A stretch of 64,000 bases of DNA from Piromyces finnis finn. Taxonomy: Eukaryota > Fungi > Neocallimastigomycota. Below the pieces are notes generated by a model, which worked only from the letters and a program-made list of their open reading frames with translations, did not search any database and was not told the origin of the DNA. Below, in pieces: positions 61,557 through 64,000 of the stretch (its first letter is position 1; every line of letters begins with the position of its first letter). The stretch covers positions 868,001-932,000 of the forward strand of contig MCFH01000007.1 in NCBI GenBank assembly GCA_002104945.1, given 5' to 3'. The position numbers were made by a program, and so were the translations under genes.

Positions 61557-63996
61557 AGGATTAATTACTCCTTCTCACTCTCCATGGTCATTTCCAGTTT
61601 TACTTGTACAAAAGAAAAATGGTAAATGGAGAATGTGTATTGATTATAGAAGACTTAATGAAATTACTATTAAGGATTCTTATGCACTTCCTTTTATTGA
61701 TGAATTAATATCTTCTGTTAATGGTGCAAAAATATTTTATGCTTTAGATTTATATTCTGGCTACCACCAAATTCCTATGAACCCAAATGATATTGAAAAA
61801 ACTGCTTTTACAACGAAATTTGGTAATTATAATTTTAAAGTAATGCCATTTGGTTTAACTAATGCTCCCGCTACTTTCCAGCGAGAAATGAATAGGATTC
61901 TCTTACCATTAATTGGTAAATGTCTTTTTGTTTACATTGATGATATTGTTGTTTATTCTAAATCACCAGAAGAACATCTTTATCATTTACAACAAGTTTT
62001 TGAAATATTATCTAAATATAATCTTTCTCTTAATTTACAAAAATGTAAATTCTTTCAAGAAAAGGTAGAAGTACTAGGACATGTACTTACACCTAACGGA
62101 TTAAAAACTGTTCCTTCTAAAGTTCAAAGTATTGCTTTATGGAATGCTCCAAGAAATGTTAATGAACTAAGATCATTCCTAGGTTTAGCTAGTTACTACC
62201 GCAAATTTGTTCAAAATTTTTCTATTAGAGCAAGCTCTCTTTTTAATTTATTAAAGAAAGACCAAGAATATATTTGGTCACAAGAATGTAATAATGCTTT
62301 TGAAGATATCCGACAATGTCTATTAAGTGATCCTATTTTAAGTTATCCTGATTTTGATAAAGAATTTATTATTCGTACTGATGCATCAACTAATGGCATT
62401 GGTGCTGTACTCTTACAGGTGGAGGGGGACAAATTGGAACATCCAATTTGTTGTATTAGTCGTACTTTATCTACTTCAGAAAAGAATTATTCTGTTACTG
62501 ACCTTGAAGGATTAGCTATTTATTATGCAATTCTACAATTTCGTCAATATATTATAAGTAATAAAAATCCTACCATATTAATTACCGATCATAAACCATT
62601 ACTTGGATTCTATAAAAAGAATATTCCATCAAAAGGTAGACATGCAAGATGGATTGAAGAATTTAATAAATATAAAATTGAATTAAAATATGATAAAGGA
62701 AAGAAAAATGTTTTTGCTGATGCCCTTTCAAGATTACCTTCTAAAAATTCTGATGAAATAGTAAATTGTGCTTATGCAATTTTGTCTGATTTTAATCCAA
62801 GAGATTTAGACCTACCTGAAGGAATAAAAAAATATTTTACTAAAAATTATCAAGTTGTTGATAATACTCTTTATTATAAAAAAGATGAATTATATCTTAA
62901 AGTTATTTATAAAGATGAAGATAAAAAAGATATTATTAGTCGTGCTCATTCTGTTGGTCATGAAGGTGCTGAAAAGACCACAAATAGAATTTTAAAATCT
63001 TATTATTGGCCTGGTATTTGGAATGATGTTAGAATGTGGGTAAAGTCCTGTAGAAAATGTCAACTTTGTAGACCTAAGCCTTTACCTAAAAATACTGAAG
63101 ATAATATAACCCCAATTGAACAACCATTTACTAGAGTCGGATTAGATATAGTTGGCCCATTACCACTTACTAAACATGGAAATTCTTATATTATTACCCT
63201 TGTTGATTATTTCACTAAATGGGTTGAAGCTAAAGCAATTCCAAATATGAAATCAGAAGAAGTAATAAAATTTTTAATAGAAGTAATAACAAGACATGGT
63301 CCACCAGAAATAATTGTTACTGATAATGGAAGTTCATTTATTTCTGATATTACTAAAATGATGATTGATTTATATGGATCATGGGTTCATTTTGTTTCTC
63401 CTCATCACCCACAATCTAATGGTATGATTGAGAATAGAAACAAAGAAATAGGAAAAGCTTTAAGACTCTTAATTGAAAATGAATCTGAATGGGATGAATA
63501 TCTACCATCTGCATTATGGTCACTTAGAACTACCAAAAATTCAAAAACAAAGTTTAGTAGTTTCGAATTATTATATGGTAGAAGAGACACATGGCCATTA
63601 GAAATAATGTTTCCCGATATTTATAAAGATCCTAATGAAACAGAAGAAGAATATATTTTTAGAAGATTTTTAAGGCATCAAAATTGGGTAAAACAAGCTA
63701 CTGAATATTCTAATCATGCTAATCAATATTGGGAACATAGAATAGGTTTATCCAAAGCTTTAAAGAAGACTTATAAACCGGGTGATTATGTTATGATAAG
63801 ATTAATAGGAAGAAGTAAATTAATTCCTTATTTTTATGGTCCTTATAAAGTTGTTAATAAACAAAAATTTAATACTGTTGTACTTGAAGATCCACATACA
63901 GGAAAACTACTTGATAGAAATGTACATATTAAAAATATTTTTCCTTACGTTCTACCAGAACAAAATTTAACTTCAAGGGACGAAGTTAATTCTTAA
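61557..63996 (+). CDS. pol: Family K (C-like clade) RT-RH-IN, 5'-truncated, open to the stop; PPT begins at the window edge
   Basis: WSFPVLLV..WRMCIDY, YIDD, GHEG..CRKC, GLDIVG, VTDNG, ENRN. Confidence 0.9.
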
Positions 63997-64000
63997 AAGG

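Noticed and set aside
6212-63590. Many 60-130 aa ORFs overlapping gag-pol on the opposite strand or in shifted frames
   Set aside because: Shadow ORFs of TE coding sequence; no independent motifs or start context.
1-64000. rRNA, tRNA, DNA-transposon or env-like genes; RIP-type hypermutation
   Set aside because: No recognisable sequence for these by eye; near-identical TE copies with open ORFs argue against RIP. tRNAscan and Rfam were not run.

Overview
Extremely AT-rich eukaryotic DNA with short GT-AG introns; an anaerobic gut fungus (Neocallimastigomycota) is the most likely source, but this is inferred from composition only. Bases 1-3.3 kb hold two tandem paralogous multi-exon host genes for small four-helix membrane proteins with Cys-rich N-termini. 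From about 3.9 kb to the window end is a deeply nested LTR-retrotransposon island: two Ty1/copia relics and about ten Ty3/gypsy or unassigned LTR families (my labels A, A2, B, C, D, F, H, I, J, K, L, O, P). Most insertions can be ordered by exact 5-bp target-site duplications (TSDs), up to five levels deep. Two elements look structurally intact: A (21397-27610) and F (37094-42274). Main highlights: (1) element C appears to carry a gene for a secreted 8-Cys peptide between its 5' LTR and gag; (2) family F has non-canonical TA...TA termini, confirmed by two TSDs and empty-site comparisons; (3) families A, J and F (possibly C) have Tf1-like self-priming PBSs complementary to LTR sequence 35-39 nt below a TATA box; (4) C has a U-UUA-AAC slippery site plus predicted pseudoknot (-1 frameshift signal); (5) a covarying hairpin sits just before the PPT in several families. 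All alignments were done by eye; no database searches were run.
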